A stretch of 63,456 bases of DNA, the filler included, from Lenisia limosa (taxonomy: Eukaryota; Protista; Breviatea): NCBI GenBank assembly GCA_001655205.1. It is 17 parts of 17 records of this genome, joined end to end, with 100 filler letters (N's around TTAATTAATTAA, not from the genome) between each part and the next. Parts side by side here need not be neighbours in the genome. Positions count along the whole stretch, not along the records: positions 18,982 to 24,892 come from LPNZ01008345.1; positions 24,993 to 27,976 come from LPNZ01009175.1; positions 28,077 to 29,360 come from LPNZ01010959.1; positions 29,461 to 32,264 come from LPNZ01001771.1; positions 32,365 to 34,515 come from LPNZ01005586.1; positions 34,616 to 51,114 come from LPNZ01007055.1; 11 more parts are not named here. One strand, given 5' to 3'. Every line of letters begins with the position of its first letter. Positions within the stretch are counted from its first letter, which is position 1. The notes below the pieces were generated by a model that was not told the DNA's origin, made no database searches, and saw nothing but the letters and a program-made list of their open reading frames with translations. Positions 23,782-36,560 of the stretch are shown here, one piece after another. The translations under genes and the position numbers were made by a program.

Positions 23782-25264
23782 GTTATTTCCTTTTTAATCA
23801 AAACCAGATATTGACGTTTCCCTTGTTACTTTGTAGTCACATGCAGCAACGCGATTTCCGACACCATCACCACCACCAACTGCACTGCAGGTGACGTAGG
23901 GTTGTGCGTGATAGACATGTCCACTGTCCAGTTGAACCCGGGTCCCGCTGAAGCAACACTGGGATGATGCGTTCAGCATGATGGGGGTTGACCTTCTACT
24001 ATTCTTTTTGCTTCTGAAGAGCAAGAAAATACTTAAATAAATATAATCTAGGAAAGAAAAAATCAACATACGCATAACGTAAACACAATACCTTACACTT
24101 CTCTACCTGTACCGCTTCAAACACCTCCCATTCTGACCCCATAGAAGGCAGCACTGCCTACGGTGAGGCTTGCGCCCTGCAGTGCATTGAGTCTGTTGCA
24201 TCAACTGGTAGGGAATATTGAAGGGACGGGGGGTGAAATAGTCAAAGTATTCTTGGAGCCTGGTACATTTCTTCATCTAATGCGGGGGCTTTGTTAGGTT
24301 TTGGAGGCAGATACTTACAGATCTCTTAGAGATGGATGGAGTGGACGTCTTTGACCTTATCCATCACATTAACACGCGTTCTCATTCATAACTTTTCCAA
24401 TTTTACCTGCGGTGCTNNNNNNNNNNNNNNNNNNNNNNNNNNNNNNNNNNNNNNNNNNNNNNNNNNNNNNNNNNNNNNNNNNNNNNNNNNNNNNNNNNNN
24501 NNNNNNNNNNNNNNNNNNNNNNNNNNNNNNNNNNNNNNNNNNNNNNNNNNNNNNNNNNNNNNNNNNNNNNNNNNNNNNNNNNNNNNNNNNNNNNAATAGA
24601 TGATGAAGATTGTTGGTGGCTCTGAACAACAAGCTTGATGAAACCATATCATTGAGGCTTCACTTTGGTCCGAAAAATACCGGTAAAATATAAATCCAGT
24701 GTTTTTCGACCCGAAATGAAGCCCTACCTATCAAGTATCAAAAGTTACAAGGTTTTTTGATTAGAGGTGGAATGTGTTAAATGATGAACAATATTCAGGA
24801 GCCACGCATTCGATTTTCGAGTCCCATGATCCCTTAGAACGCGATCTGCTGAGCTGTGGTACAACCCATTCGACTTACCATAATCTTGGAAGNNNNNNNN
24901 NNNNNNNNNNNNNNNNNNNNNNNNNNNNNNNNNNNNTTAATTAATTAANNNNNNNNNNNNNNNNNNNNNNNNNNNNNNNNNNNNNNNNNNNNTATATATA
25001 TACCATATACTATAATATACATAGGTATATATCATACATTCACCCCCCCCCCCGACATATATTACATACTACATATACACTGTAGATTATAGTAATACTA
25101 TATGATTACATATACAGTGACCAGGATGTCTTGACCAATTTTCCTTGGGAAATCATATGGGAAATCGGTCAAGACTTATCCCGGTCAGTGCATACACCCG
25201 ATATACCTGGACGGCTTCGGTCAGATACAACCTTATTTTTTATTTCTCATGACTGTATTTATCT

Positions 25265-27866
25265 TAAACCCCCACCCACATGGTCCATGAGCTGTAGAGC
25301 AAATTCGGCCAGAGTACCAGGAACGTCTGAAATTCTCGACTGTTCTGATTAATAGCAATAATAATATAGGGCATACAGTGACCTCGATAAGGACTGATTT
25401 GTGATTTCCCAACGAAAATCGGTCAAGATGTATCCCGGTCACTATATCATATACGATTTCCCCAGGAAAATCGGTCAAGACTTATCCCGGTCACTGTATC
25501 ATCAGAATTCTGGTTATGAAACCAAAGGGGAAAAAATAGATACAAAAAAAACTATCTCGTTCAACAACTATTTCGTTCAACAAAGTCTTGAGGGGAGGGA
25601 GGGATAGAGACTAATAAAATCTAGGGTACTTGTAGGGCTTCACTTTGGTTTGAAAAAGACCCGAATTCAGTTTTTTAAAACCGAAGTGAAGCCCTAGGTA
25701 CTAACATTGAACGCAATTTGCAACTATTTTTGGTTCATAAAGTCTTAAGAAACAAATAGATTTCATAAAGACTGTTTCGGTTCATAGCAATAATAATGTA
25801 GACCTACTGAATCCCCACAAACATCAGCACCAGCAGAAAACATGTAGCCTGTGGAGTGGGTGGAAACCTAAAAGTATCAACATATATTTATTTCACTGTT
25901 TTTTCATTTTCAATATCGTAGTTTTATTGTGTTTCATTTTCAATGAAATAATTTCACATGTTTGTTTTCAAAGGTTTGACCCCCCCCCCCCCNNNNNNNN
26001 NNNNNNNNNNNNNNNNNNNNNNNNNNNNNNNNNNNNNNNNNNNNNNNNNNNNNNNNNNNNNNNNNNNNNGGGCCTAAATCGTTAGAATACACGAAACAAA
26101 TAATCTTAAACTCCAAAAAAAACAATAACAAATATGAGCACAAACGTTAAGGGGGGGGGGGAGGTAAAACGAAGGACATTTCGATGAAGAATCTTGGCAT
26201 AAAGGTACTAATCACGAACCGAAAAAATGTAACTCCAAACAAACACAAAAAACACACACAGAAATAACAAGGGTATTACTTAGCAAGAATTTACCATGTT
26301 ATCTAGGGTTTTTCAATGGGGTGGTTAACCGCGGTTTAAGGAAATCAACCAATAAGCCAAAATAAAAAGAAACCGATACCGATGACAAGGGCTTCACTTC
26401 GGTTCAAAAAAAAACTGAATTTCTCGATAAATCCTCGAAAACTATCAATATTTTATCAACCTGTTTCGAACCGAAGTGAAGCCCTACCGATGACCAATAA
26501 ACACATCAGTCACAAAGTCAATCAACAAAATCAATAAACTAAAAAGATCCAACCTTATGACTTGGATGGCTTGAGTACATTCTGCTTGTCACTTCTAAAT
26601 AGAGGAATCCTGCCTGTTGAGGGGGGGGGGGGNNNNNNNNNNNNNNNNNNNNNNNNNNNNNNNNNNNNNNNNNNNNNNNNNNNNNNNNNNNNNNNNNNNN
26701 NNNNNNNNNNNNNNNNGCGTACCTGCAGATGTGAGATAAAACCTATCTGGACACAAACGAAGAATATTTCAATGAAGAGCTAATCAGGAACCGAATAATC
26801 TGAAACTCTGAAATGTAGGGGTATGATATATAAAATATACATGTATCTACAAATGATAGAACATATACATACATTATCATATTAAATGAAACTACTAAAA
26901 GAGAGGATTTGGACAGAATCCCACCTTCCCCTTCCAATTGAAACGCCCCACTTTCTTCTAAATCCCTCCTTCAATTTCCTCTCCTTTCACAAAACCTCTC
27001 CCACCTCTTTTGACTCTCTGAGGTACTTCGAAGGAGTGTTAGCTCGAAGCTATAAAGAAAAATAAGTATACTGGGGAGGCATATAAAAAAGCTGGATTTA
27101 CAGAGTTGTAAGGCAAATGATTGGGTAAATAAATTCTATACTATACTCCAATAACACTTATCAGCGTGAAGGTTTGGACAGCTTTCGGCCAGATTCAACC
27201 TTGTTTTATTTCCCATAGTCCTACACCACAAACATGATCGAGGGCTGTTCGAGGAAGCGCAGTTCGCACTAAATCCTAAAAAAAAGTCAAATAAATCCGA
27301 ATGGAAAAATCTTCAATATTTACTAGACCTACTTGGATAAGGGAGATGCCTGATGATAATGTAGATATCATATACAGTGACGGGATAGTCCCCGATTGTC
27401 CTTGGGAATTCATATGGCAAATTAATTGGTCAAGACTTATCCCGGTCACTGTGTGTATGTAGTCTATTGAACAATGATATACTGTAGGGCTTCCCTACGG
27501 TCCCGAAAAATGCTGATTATCGATAAATTCTCAATAAAATCGATATTTGACAGGTCTTTTTTTACCGACGTGAAGTCGTAACAATAACTATATGATGACG
27601 ACCCTGATACACTTCGACAATGGAGATGTAAGATTGCTTTCTTTTAATGTTGCAGCTATGATATAATTAGGGCTTTCCTACGTTTCAAACAATACCATAA
27701 ATATCGATATTTATCGAGGATTTCTCAAGAAATTCATTCTTTTATGGGAGCCCTTGATAAAATAATTTCTTGTTTATTTTCAATAATACAGTCAGCCTAC
27801 TTGGATAATGGCGATGTTTTTGATTGATTTTGCGGTGGCGGCTGTAGTAGTTTGATGCTGCTGAGC
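25265..27866 (-). CDS. Hypothetical protein with small exons among dense MITEs
   Basis: Exon 27801-27866 (AQQHQTTTAATAKSIKNIAIIQ). Candidate exons LRANTPSKYLRESKE and EQSRISDVPGTLAEFALQLMDH. Confidence 0.35.
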
Positions 27867-27976
27867 CTGGGGGTGGGGAGTAAATTTGGAAAATTTACGA
27901 AACAGTAAAAAAAAAACCAAAATCAACTCAGTTGGCTGACAGCACACGAGGGTTGAGAACAACAAAACAAACAAAG
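27867..27976 (-). mobile_element. Family D element ending at an acceptor
   Basis: Minus strand ...GTTGATTTTGG..GTAAATTTTCCAAATTTACTCCCCACCCCCAG|GCTCAGCAG. Confidence 0.8.
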
Positions 27977-29014
27977 NNNNNNNNNNNNNNNNNNNNNNNN
28001 NNNNNNNNNNNNNNNNNNNNTTAATTAATTAANNNNNNNNNNNNNNNNNNNNNNNNNNNNNNNNNNNNNNNNNNNNGGTGCATGGATGTTGGAATGTGTG
28101 AAGAGTGCACGGAGGTAATTGTGGGAAACCAGTGGGAAATCAAGGGGACGGTATGTTTCTCCTTTTTCGTAAACATTTATGTTCACAAGGAACGGGTCAT
28201 ATTCATCAACGGTGAACAGAAAAAAAATTGGACAAAAAGGAAAAGAACTGAACTGAGAATTTTTCCCCGCCAAAATTTTTATTTTTTAAAATCGATTGAT
28301 TTTTGCATTCTTGCTCAAAAATTTACAAAATAATGAAAAATTGAGCCGCTTTTGATGACAAACAATCAAAACTGTCGGAGTTTATCAAAAGCGTCGGGGT
28401 TTCTGCGCCTGAGCATATAGTCGTAGCTCCGGACATCATTCAAAATCTCTGGACACATCAAAACTCCCGGACAGCTTGAATTCTCCCTAAAATTTGACTT
28501 GAACATTTTTCTCTCAAAATTCACCATTACATAGTCAAAGCAAGGGGGAATCCATAACCAATTACTCCGAGGGGTACAATATTTTGTTTCTTAGCACTAA
28601 AAGAGGGATAGGTTTAGAAAAAAATCCCGTGAAAAGGCAAAAGCGGCCACCCCCGGGAGACCAAATTCACGGATTTTTGACACTTACTCAAATTGAAAAA
28701 AAGTTGGGGAACATTAAGAGGTCATTTTCTCTATATAAGCCTGGATGGGTAAACCCGATAAAACCCGATAATTTTTTTTCCACCCAAATGTCTTAATTTT
28801 TTTTTATTATTCTTCTTTTTCTTTTAATCTCTTATCCTTATTTTAGACAAACCTTCACTTAAACGTATTTTTTGGTAATAAGAAAAAGTAAATACTGTAG
28901 CTCATATGACAAACAAGTTTTTCGAGAAAATTAACAAATCAAAACACGAAAAATATGATTGATAATGAAAACACAGCTTAAATTCAATTGAAAATTCAAA
29001 AATGCATAAGCACA

Positions 29015-29315
29015 TTATTTCTTCCTGGGCTTCTTTTTCGGGGCAGTGGCCTTCTGCTGAGAGTCGAGCTTCTTGGCTTTTGCGATGCAACGTTTCATAT
29101 TGGCAGTGAGCTGCTTGGTGCCATCAAGGCTCTCAAAGATCACCTAATACAGGTTATTTCAAGATAATGAAAATCAGAATTCAAAGAAGACCTACTTTAG
29201 GACCACACATCAGGCCATGGGATGAGTTAATGCGCTGATTCCGAAGAACAGACTCCTTGAAGTCAGATTCATTAGCGATAAGTTCTCCTGGCTTGAGGGA
29301 AACCACAGTTTCACC
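29015..29315 (-). CDS. Hypothetical protein C-terminus with basic tail
   Basis: Two in-phase exons: GETVVSLKPGELIANESDFKESVLRNQRINSSHGLMCGPK | VIFESLDGTKQLTANMKRCIAKAKKLDSQQKATAPKKKPRKK*. Confidence 0.55.
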
Positions 29316-29460
29316 CTAAGTAAATGAGAACAAAAATGACATCTGAATAAACAATGAAAANNNNNNNNNNNNNNNNNNNNNNNNNNNNNNNNNNNNNNNN
29401 NNNNTTAATTAATTAANNNNNNNNNNNNNNNNNNNNNNNNNNNNNNNNNNNNNNNNNNNN

Positions 29461-29551
29461 TGTTGTTATCAACCCTCGTGTGTTGTTAGCCAACAGAGTT
29501 GATTTGACCTTTTTTGTTTCATACATTTCCAATTTTACCCCCCCCCCCCAG
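29461..29551 (+). mobile_element. Family D element ending at an acceptor
   Basis: TCAACCCTCGTGTGTTGTTAGCCAACAGAGTTGATTTG..ATTTCCAATTTTACCCCCCCCCCCCAG|AGAGCC. Confidence 0.85.
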
Positions 29552-30212
29552 AGAGCCGACCACGTGATACGCATTTTTCTGTTCTCACGTCTTGCCGGGT
29601 TCTTCCTCACGGCTTTTGGCCTGTTACTGGAAGAGTACTTCTTTAGTGGACTTGTGGGGGGGTATCCTTTTACTTTTCTTCGGAAAGAAAATATTTCTTT
29701 TTATTAAAAACTAAATTAGAAATCAAATATAAAATAAACTTTAGGGAAACAACCTGGAACCTTATTATTCTTGTCTGGAATAACCAAGTGAAATACCAAT
29801 ACAATGCATTTTTATTGGATTATCGACAAGTCAATTTTGTCTTTTCTGATTCCTGTAGGCCGTGCTCTTGACTCTTTGGTACACTTCTAACCAAATGGGC
29901 TTTCTTATTATTTGCTTTCTGTGGGGGGAGGGGGGGATATCATTCTATTTGGCAAAATTTGAGAAACAATATTATATTTGTACCATATGCATACTAATGC
30001 TTCAAGGAACTCCTTTTTACTTTGACAAAATTATTCACCTAACCACCCCCAGGTATTTTATTCTGCCATACATCGTCGTTGTGGTCCCCTACCTATTCCC
30101 CTGGAGTCCAACAGTTCTGTACATCCCAGCGGTTCTGCTTCTTTCCTTCACCCCCTTGCAAGTTGGATTGGTTCTGATTACAATAACACTTTCAAAACTG
30201 ATTGCGGTTTGA
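29552..30212 (+). CDS. Multi-pass membrane protein C-terminus
   Basis: Exons RADHVIRIFLFSRLAGFFLTAFGLLLEEYFFSGL (29552-29653), AVLLTLWYTSNQMGFLIICF and YFILPYIVVV.. are hydrophobic. Confidence 0.55.
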
Positions 30213-31249
30213 TTGTCACGGATATCCGAAAATAAACTTTCGGTGACGTCATAGTTTTACTACTTTTTTCGAGAATTTAACTAAATTTGGTCATTATGAT
30301 AATCATAATTGTTGTTCTCTTATCTCAATAATACTTTCTTTTAATATATTAAATCTAAATCACGCAAGTTACGCTCGTCTACAATTCTTTTTGTCCTTCG
30401 ACCGAGCCAGGTTCTCCAACCGCAACCTGCTTTAAGCTGAATTGTCCTTCTTTTCTGTCTCAGAACCAAGTTTAGCTCAACCAGCTTTAACTCCTCCAGG
30501 GAGTTATGCCGATGTTTATTGGCACGATTCTGATCCTCCTTGTTGCCCACTTTGTGGTCTTCACGCTTCCCGAGTCTATCATGTCGTTTCCGTCTCATGT
30601 GGCACACTAGTGGGGGGTATTCCAACGGTCCGAAAAAACTGTCAAAATATCGATATTTATCGAGGATTTATCGTGAATTTCATATTGTGGGACCGTAGTG
30701 AAGCCTTGGTTACAAACTGATAAAACTAGAGCCCAAAAACGGCTTGTCTAAAAATGTGGTGGCTCTTTAAAAACACAATTGTAGTTGCAAAAATTAACCT
30801 TTTATTTTGTAATTTTGTTCATAAAAATACCACTTTTATCACTAGTTATTACCACCCCCTTTTTGCATGACCATAAAACAGACTGTTGGATGACTGGAGG
30901 AAAGGGGTAGTAGTAGTGTATGTAATGCTTCATCAAAGACTGGACCAATATTAGGATTCTTTTTAATTGCTATTTTTTGGATCATGAGCTGTGGTCGACT
31001 TCTGTTTTTTTTCTCTATTTCTATTGCGGCTTTTTTTTTCTTTCTGCTATTTATTCTTTTCTCTCTCTCTCTCTCCCTAAATTAACTCCTCCAGTGAGGC
31101 CTTTAACGTCCTCTTCGACCTGGCCTCCTTTGGTGCGGGCCTGTTCGCTGCCTTCATCTTCAGTAGCAGATATGTGAGAGGGTCCTCGATTTTCAAATAT
31201 CTTCGTAGATTTCCCGTGGTAGTGAATTCTCACATTAATTATTATATAT

Positions 31250-31330
31250 TACAGTGACCGGGATAAGTCTTGACCGATTTTCCTAGGGAAATTATTAGCA
31301 AATCGGTCAAGACTTATCCCGGTCACTGTA
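31250..31330. mobile_element. Family B MITE, perfect 29-bp TIRs
   Basis: TA|CAGTGACCGGGATAAGTCTTGACCGATTT...AAATCGGTCAAGACTTATCCCGGTCACTG|TA. Other copies at ~5815-5934, 7259-7345, 21479-21560, 23186-23264, 25113-25192, 25374-25499, 27373-27453 and 62942-63023. Confidence 0.92.
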
Positions 31331-31459
31331 TATTCTCTTGCACTATCTCAACAAAATATGGAATAATATTATATTGGTCGAAGAGTTCTAGCTAAAATGA
31401 GCATAATTTTTCCAAATATTGTCAAAATATGATACAAGAAAATATCAAGCTTATTTGAC

Positions 31460-32240
31460 TCTCACCGCCGTAGAGCACGGGGCTTGAAAGAGAGTTACAG
31501 CCGTCTTTTAGGGAGTATATCTTGCATTGGATCTACCCATGGACTGAGGCAAGTAAGGCGGTTTCTCTCTAGTTACAGGCTTTTTTCTGTTTTATTCATT
31601 TTTAGGAATAGTATTTTCCACTTAACCCTTCTCCCCAGCAATGGTTGATTCCGAAGGCAACCCCACTACTCCGAAATTCTCAGAGGAGAAGTATGTGCAC
31701 ATGCAGACCGAACTTCCCAACTCCCTTGGGTGGGATTTGGATGGACAGTTCAACTGGTCTTGACTGGTATAATATGGAGACCTCTCATTTTCCTGGGGCT
31801 CTCCAATTTGTTGTATTCACTGCCTCCTTTTTTGAGAGCAAATAATAAATGTGCAAATACAATACTTGGGATGATACTATTAATTAATTAATACAATATT
31901 AATTCACCCAATCATTTGCCTGGCAACTATGTTCACACGGCAAATCATCATACTTCAGCACTGCTCTGATTGGAACGTTCCGCCTTGCCGTCACCACCAT
32001 TTCAAGCACCATATCCGTGGGTGTGGCTTTTAAGCGACTGGCCTGGGCTCTTTCTTGTTGTTGTTAGCCAACATAGTTGATTTCGGGCTTTTTTGTTTTG
32101 TTTGATAAATATTCCTTTTTCACCCCCTAGGAGGCCCTGAGAACCGGCCAGCCAGGCACACCGGAGACACCACCAACACCACCCCAGAAACAGAGCCCTC
32201 AGCCCCCTGAGACTAGTCGAGAAGAACCAGTGCGAGGGGG
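31460..32240 (+). CDS. Hypothetical multi-exon protein (partial)
   Basis: Exon TALIGTFRLAVTTISSTIS joins EALRTGQPGTPETHQHHPRNR in phase 0 across intron 32017-32130. Confidence 0.45.
32030..32130 (+). mobile_element. Family D element forming most of a 114-nt intron
   Basis: GTGGGTGTGGCTTTT-AAGCGACTGGCCTGGG...TTTTTCACCCCCTAG|GAG. Confidence 0.8.
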
Positions 32241-34046
32241 GTGTTTTAGTATTATTATTATTTTNNNNNNNNNNNNNNNNNNNNNNNNNNNNNNNNNNNN
32301 NNNNNNNNTTAATTAATTAANNNNNNNNNNNNNNNNNNNNNNNNNNNNNNNNNNNNNNNNNNNNGTTATTGATCTGGTGGTTAACCAATTTTATGATTTT
32401 GCAATACTTTTGACTGAAAAATCCGGGTTTGATTCGGAAAATGAAAAAGCGTTCGCGTTCATGTGAGTGTTCGCGTTCATGTATGGTCACCTATATATGA
32501 TATAGAATAACAAGAAGTAATTGATGATCACAAAGGCATTGCTCAAGTGTTACTCAAGAAAAATGACCTAAAGTTTATCTAATAGAATATTTAAAAAACC
32601 AAGTAATTCTGAGAATATTGTACTGTAAGAAGAAAAGAAATCTGTTTAAACATGGAAACTGAAAATAATAAAATAAAATGGAATGGACCCATCTAAATAA
32701 AGGTGTTTCCGCAAACCTGGCAATTTTGGATCTTGAGCAGTTGTGGCTTTACTTTCTAAACAGTGATGAAATATATAGTAATCACAATGATACCTGTATA
32801 AGCAGAGATACGCAAATATAGGATGAATTAGTAAAACTACTTTCCAATATCGCTAATATGCGTGAAGATATGGGCAGTTTTGGCCCGATGCTCAGTTCAG
32901 TTATCTTCTCTGTGTGCATATCTCTCAAGATTTTATTTAAATGTATTTTCTGGCTATTATTATCATTATGAAAAAAAATCTACTTGAAGCCCACTTCCGC
33001 AATTTCGATAAACTCCTGCTGTTTCAGCTTGCAGGACTGAACAACAGAAATCAAAGGAAACTAGAGGGTTAAGAGGGAATAGTCAATCGTTATGTTTGAT
33101 CGCATGCGCGATTGTTACTAACACAACCACACCCACCAATGAAACATCAGAGATAAGAACACCCCTAAAATATACTAACAATACATATATTGCATAATAC
33201 ACCAGAAAAAAGCCCCCTCCCAACATCAATAAATTTAGGGATATCGAAGGCTGTTTGATTGAGTAGAGCGGCAAGATCAATTTTGCTTATTTTGCCTGTC
33301 ACAAACATCTCCAAAACATCCTCCAGAGCCAAGCCATTGAAAAGCTAAATAGTTTAGAGCGAATACATAATTATTAAACAGGCCTAATTATATATATATA
33401 TATAAATGATGGGGCGCAGAAATCATGTCCGAAATGCCGAATTCATGTCCAAAATTAAATTTCCCAGGTGGAACCCTCCAAACAGCTTTAAACATGATAA
33501 CAGTTCACTTTAAGGTCCTACTTGAGGTTATTTTTTGTTTTGTGTGTTTCTCCGAGCGTTTTGTTTTGAAAGAAAAATCATCGATTTTGGCCGATAAGTG
33601 AAAATTGAAAACTGAGAGAGTGATCGATTTTGGGCAAAGTTTCATCAAGGAGGTGTTTAAATAACACATTAAAGTGTTTTGGGTCGAGAGAAGATCACTT
33701 CAAGCAAGAAAGAGCCCCAAAGAGAAAGTTGAAAATTGTCACCTTGATCTCGAGATCATCAAAATTTTCAACTTGATCTCGAGATCATCAAATTTGAAAT
33801 ACCTTCTTTTTTTTTGAAAATCTCCTCTTTTCAACTCTTAATTGTTTAGTATTTAAGTTATAATTACAAAACTTCCATAGCAATAAGTTCCTTGTTATTT
33901 CTCAGTAAACATTGGCCTCTTGGGCCTCTCCTTGCTATTTCTGAACTGTCGCTATAAAACTACGTTAATTGTCGCTCAAGAAGAGAGAAAACTCTCTTTC
34001 CTTGGTTTGTTTTCACCGTTTCAAGATTTGGGTAACGTTTTTTTAG

Positions 34047-34382
34047 TTGAGGAACTTAATGGGAAGAGGTAGAGCTGAATCCTTTTTTGGTTTCTATGAA
34101 GATGGATGGAAGGTTCTTAATGCTGAAGAAAAGAACAAAATCTTGAACCAAGCCTGCACTGCGTTCTTGAGCAGAGACATTAAAAAATGGCCTGAGATTG
34201 CTTCTTTCTACAGGATGGATTCAGCTAGCGACTACTCTTTTGAAATTCCTAAGTCCACATTCAAAGTCGCGCTGAACAGGCCCCTTGAAGAAAGAATCCA
34301 GGCTGCTAAGGAAAGAGCTGGTGATGGTCAAAGAAGTGTGGGTATTAACCCACTTCCACAAGACACCTGCTTACCATTTTAA
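34047..34382 (+). CDS. Hypothetical protein exon
   Basis: Open 111-codon stretch with protein-like composition (..KILNQACTAFLSRDIKKWPEIASFYRMD..). No family recognised. Confidence 0.4.
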   Translation: MRNLMGRGRAESFFGFYEDGWKVLNAEEKNKILNQACTAFLSRDIKKWPEIASFYRMDSASDYSFEIPKSTFKVALNRPLEERIQAAKERAGDGQRSVGINPLPQDTCLPF

Positions 34383-34720
34383 TTCCTTTCATTAGAACTT
34401 TAGTGGTACTAATGGCAGCTTTATCAACCCCCTTTGCTCAACCCAATCAACTTCACATTGAATGTAATTGTTTTGACTTTTTTAGCATGGAATGAAACCA
34501 CATATTCCAACTCTCNNNNNNNNNNNNNNNNNNNNNNNNNNNNNNNNNNNNNNNNNNNNTTAATTAATTAANNNNNNNNNNNNNNNNNNNNNNNNNNNNN
34601 NNNNNNNNNNNNNNNAACAAACAAAGCCCAAAATCAACTATGTTGGTGAAATGATGTATTCGGGGATATGAAAGTTGCCGGGTAGGTTTGGATTTTTGAT
34701 TTGAAGAGAAGTGTTGTTAC

Positions 34721-36279
34721 CTGGTTCTCGAGTCTTGCAATCTGATCGTGGCCTTGCTGCACAGCATGCTGCTTGGACTTGACCTCAGCTTGCCGCGACT
34801 CCAGAACTGAAATGTCAATAATCCCAATCAGCCAGATGCCAAGCGGCCTTTCTTCAAGGACATAAATAAGACTAAAAGCATGCAGAAATAAGCAAGACTA
34901 AAAGGGTATTATAAAAGTAAAACAATACTCGGTCAAACCCGACTCAGCTTTACCCCCATACTAGCCTTATGCTCCTTAAGTTCCTTCTCGAGACGCTCTT
35001 TGCGGCGCTGGGCTCTATCACCGTCGGCCTTCATCGTCGATACCGTGTCTGGAGAGGAGGGGTTATCGCCTGGCCACCTCAAGACTGTTTTCAAAATTTT
35101 TACCGATACAATAACCAGATGAAATGGACTGACCATATTACGCTACAACATCTTTTCCCTCCTCCTCTCTCACTCACTCCCTCTAGCACACACCTTTCAA
35201 CTCATTAAGCTCGCTTTCAAGCCTCTGAGCGTTATCCTCCTGGGCCCGAGCCTTGTCTTGCGATTCTGACACCTCTGATCTGAGAGCCACAATTTGTGAC
35301 AACTGCCGGTCGCGCTCTGAAACATTTAGTAAACATCAGAAATAGTTATATTCCAAGCTCGAATTAATACTCCCCTTACCTTTAGTGAGTTCCTCCTTGA
35401 CCTTCAGTAGCTCATTTACCGAGTGTTCTTGCCCCACTATAAGGGTTAGAAAGGGGTAATTCACCAGAGAGTAACATTGCCACCTAAGCCCGCCAACCAG
35501 TAAGACCAGCACCTTGCTCAACGAGTTTCGAAAGGTTGGCAATTTCAACTTTCAACTGTTGAATAGTCTCCTTTGCTCCTATAAATAGAGTAAAAAAAAT
35601 TACTATTATCCATACTTCCAATGATTCAAAACAAAAATGTATGTCCGAAAAGAGAACAACCCATACGCCCCAAAACAGCAAAAGTAAAGACTAACACCCA
35701 ACAAACGGGATTCCTTCTCATGTGAGGCATCAACCATCTTCCATGCCTTTTCAATTTCTTTCTTAAGGCTGTTGATGGTGTTTTGATCTTCTTGGTTGAA
35801 TTTCAAAGCGGTCTGTACTTTGGCTGCATTGGATACGATCTCTTGGTTAAGATCACGGCATTTCTGAAAAGTGATGAGGTGTGCCTTTAGGTTTTAAATT
35901 CATGCTGAAAAAAAAAACAACCTGAGGGGGGATGGCGAGGAAGGTCGTTAGAAATGAGACTAAGCTACAGAGGCCAGCAAACCTTCATAAGACGTTTTTC
36001 GCTTTCGTGGGCCTTTTTAAGGGCTCTATGAAGTTTTTCATACTCAACACGGAACCTTTCAAGGGACTTATCTCCAACGAGCTCCGCTAAAACCTGAAGA
36101 TATGATTTACTGGGCTGTGTGTTCCCAGTCTTACCTCTTGAAAATCACGTTCAAGAGCTTCAAAGGCATTTTGGGAGAGGGCTTCCCTCTCCATTTCCTT
36201 TTTAGCTGCCGCATATTGCGGATCGTCGTCCTGAAAGGGTCAATTAGAGATGTTCCTAATTAAACTATGTCATTACCAT
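34721..36279 (-). CDS. CFAP58: Cilia- and flagella-associated protein 58, N-terminal part
   Basis: MDDDPQ..NAFEALERDFQEVLAELVGDKSLERFRVEYEKLHRALKKAHESEKRLMKKCRDLNQEIVSNAAKVQTALKFNQEDQNTINSLKKEIEKAWKMVDASHEKE..AKETIQQLKVEIANLSKLVEQGAGL closely follows the CFAP58 N-terminus. Confidence 0.92.
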
Positions 36280-36560
36280 GCTTGAAACACGGATTCAACT
36301 CCAAAGAAGGTTCACCAAAATATGCAACTGATTTAATGACTTCTAACAATCAATATATGAATATAATACAAATATACACTCTTATCTTGATCCCTAACAC
36401 GCTGAACACGCGCTTGACGACCAAGATCACTCAGATCCTCAAAAACAACAAAAGCGAAACACGAAAAGCGAAAAACACTCTGTGGTTGTCACTTTCGCTT
36501 ATTTTGTATTAATTGTTAGCAGTGTGATTAAAATAGGTGGATTAAATCCACGGTTGAAAC

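Noticed and set aside
23290-24892. Minus-strand gene model between 23.3 and 24.9 kb
   Set aside because: Several open frames on both strands, but I could not assemble a phase-consistent or recognisable product.
28077-28900. Possible transposase or autonomous element in AT-rich regions (also 15700-16100 and 32365-33900)
   Set aside because: No DDE, HUH/Rep or reverse transcriptase motifs and no substantial ORF. No autonomous partner for families A-D is visible in this window.
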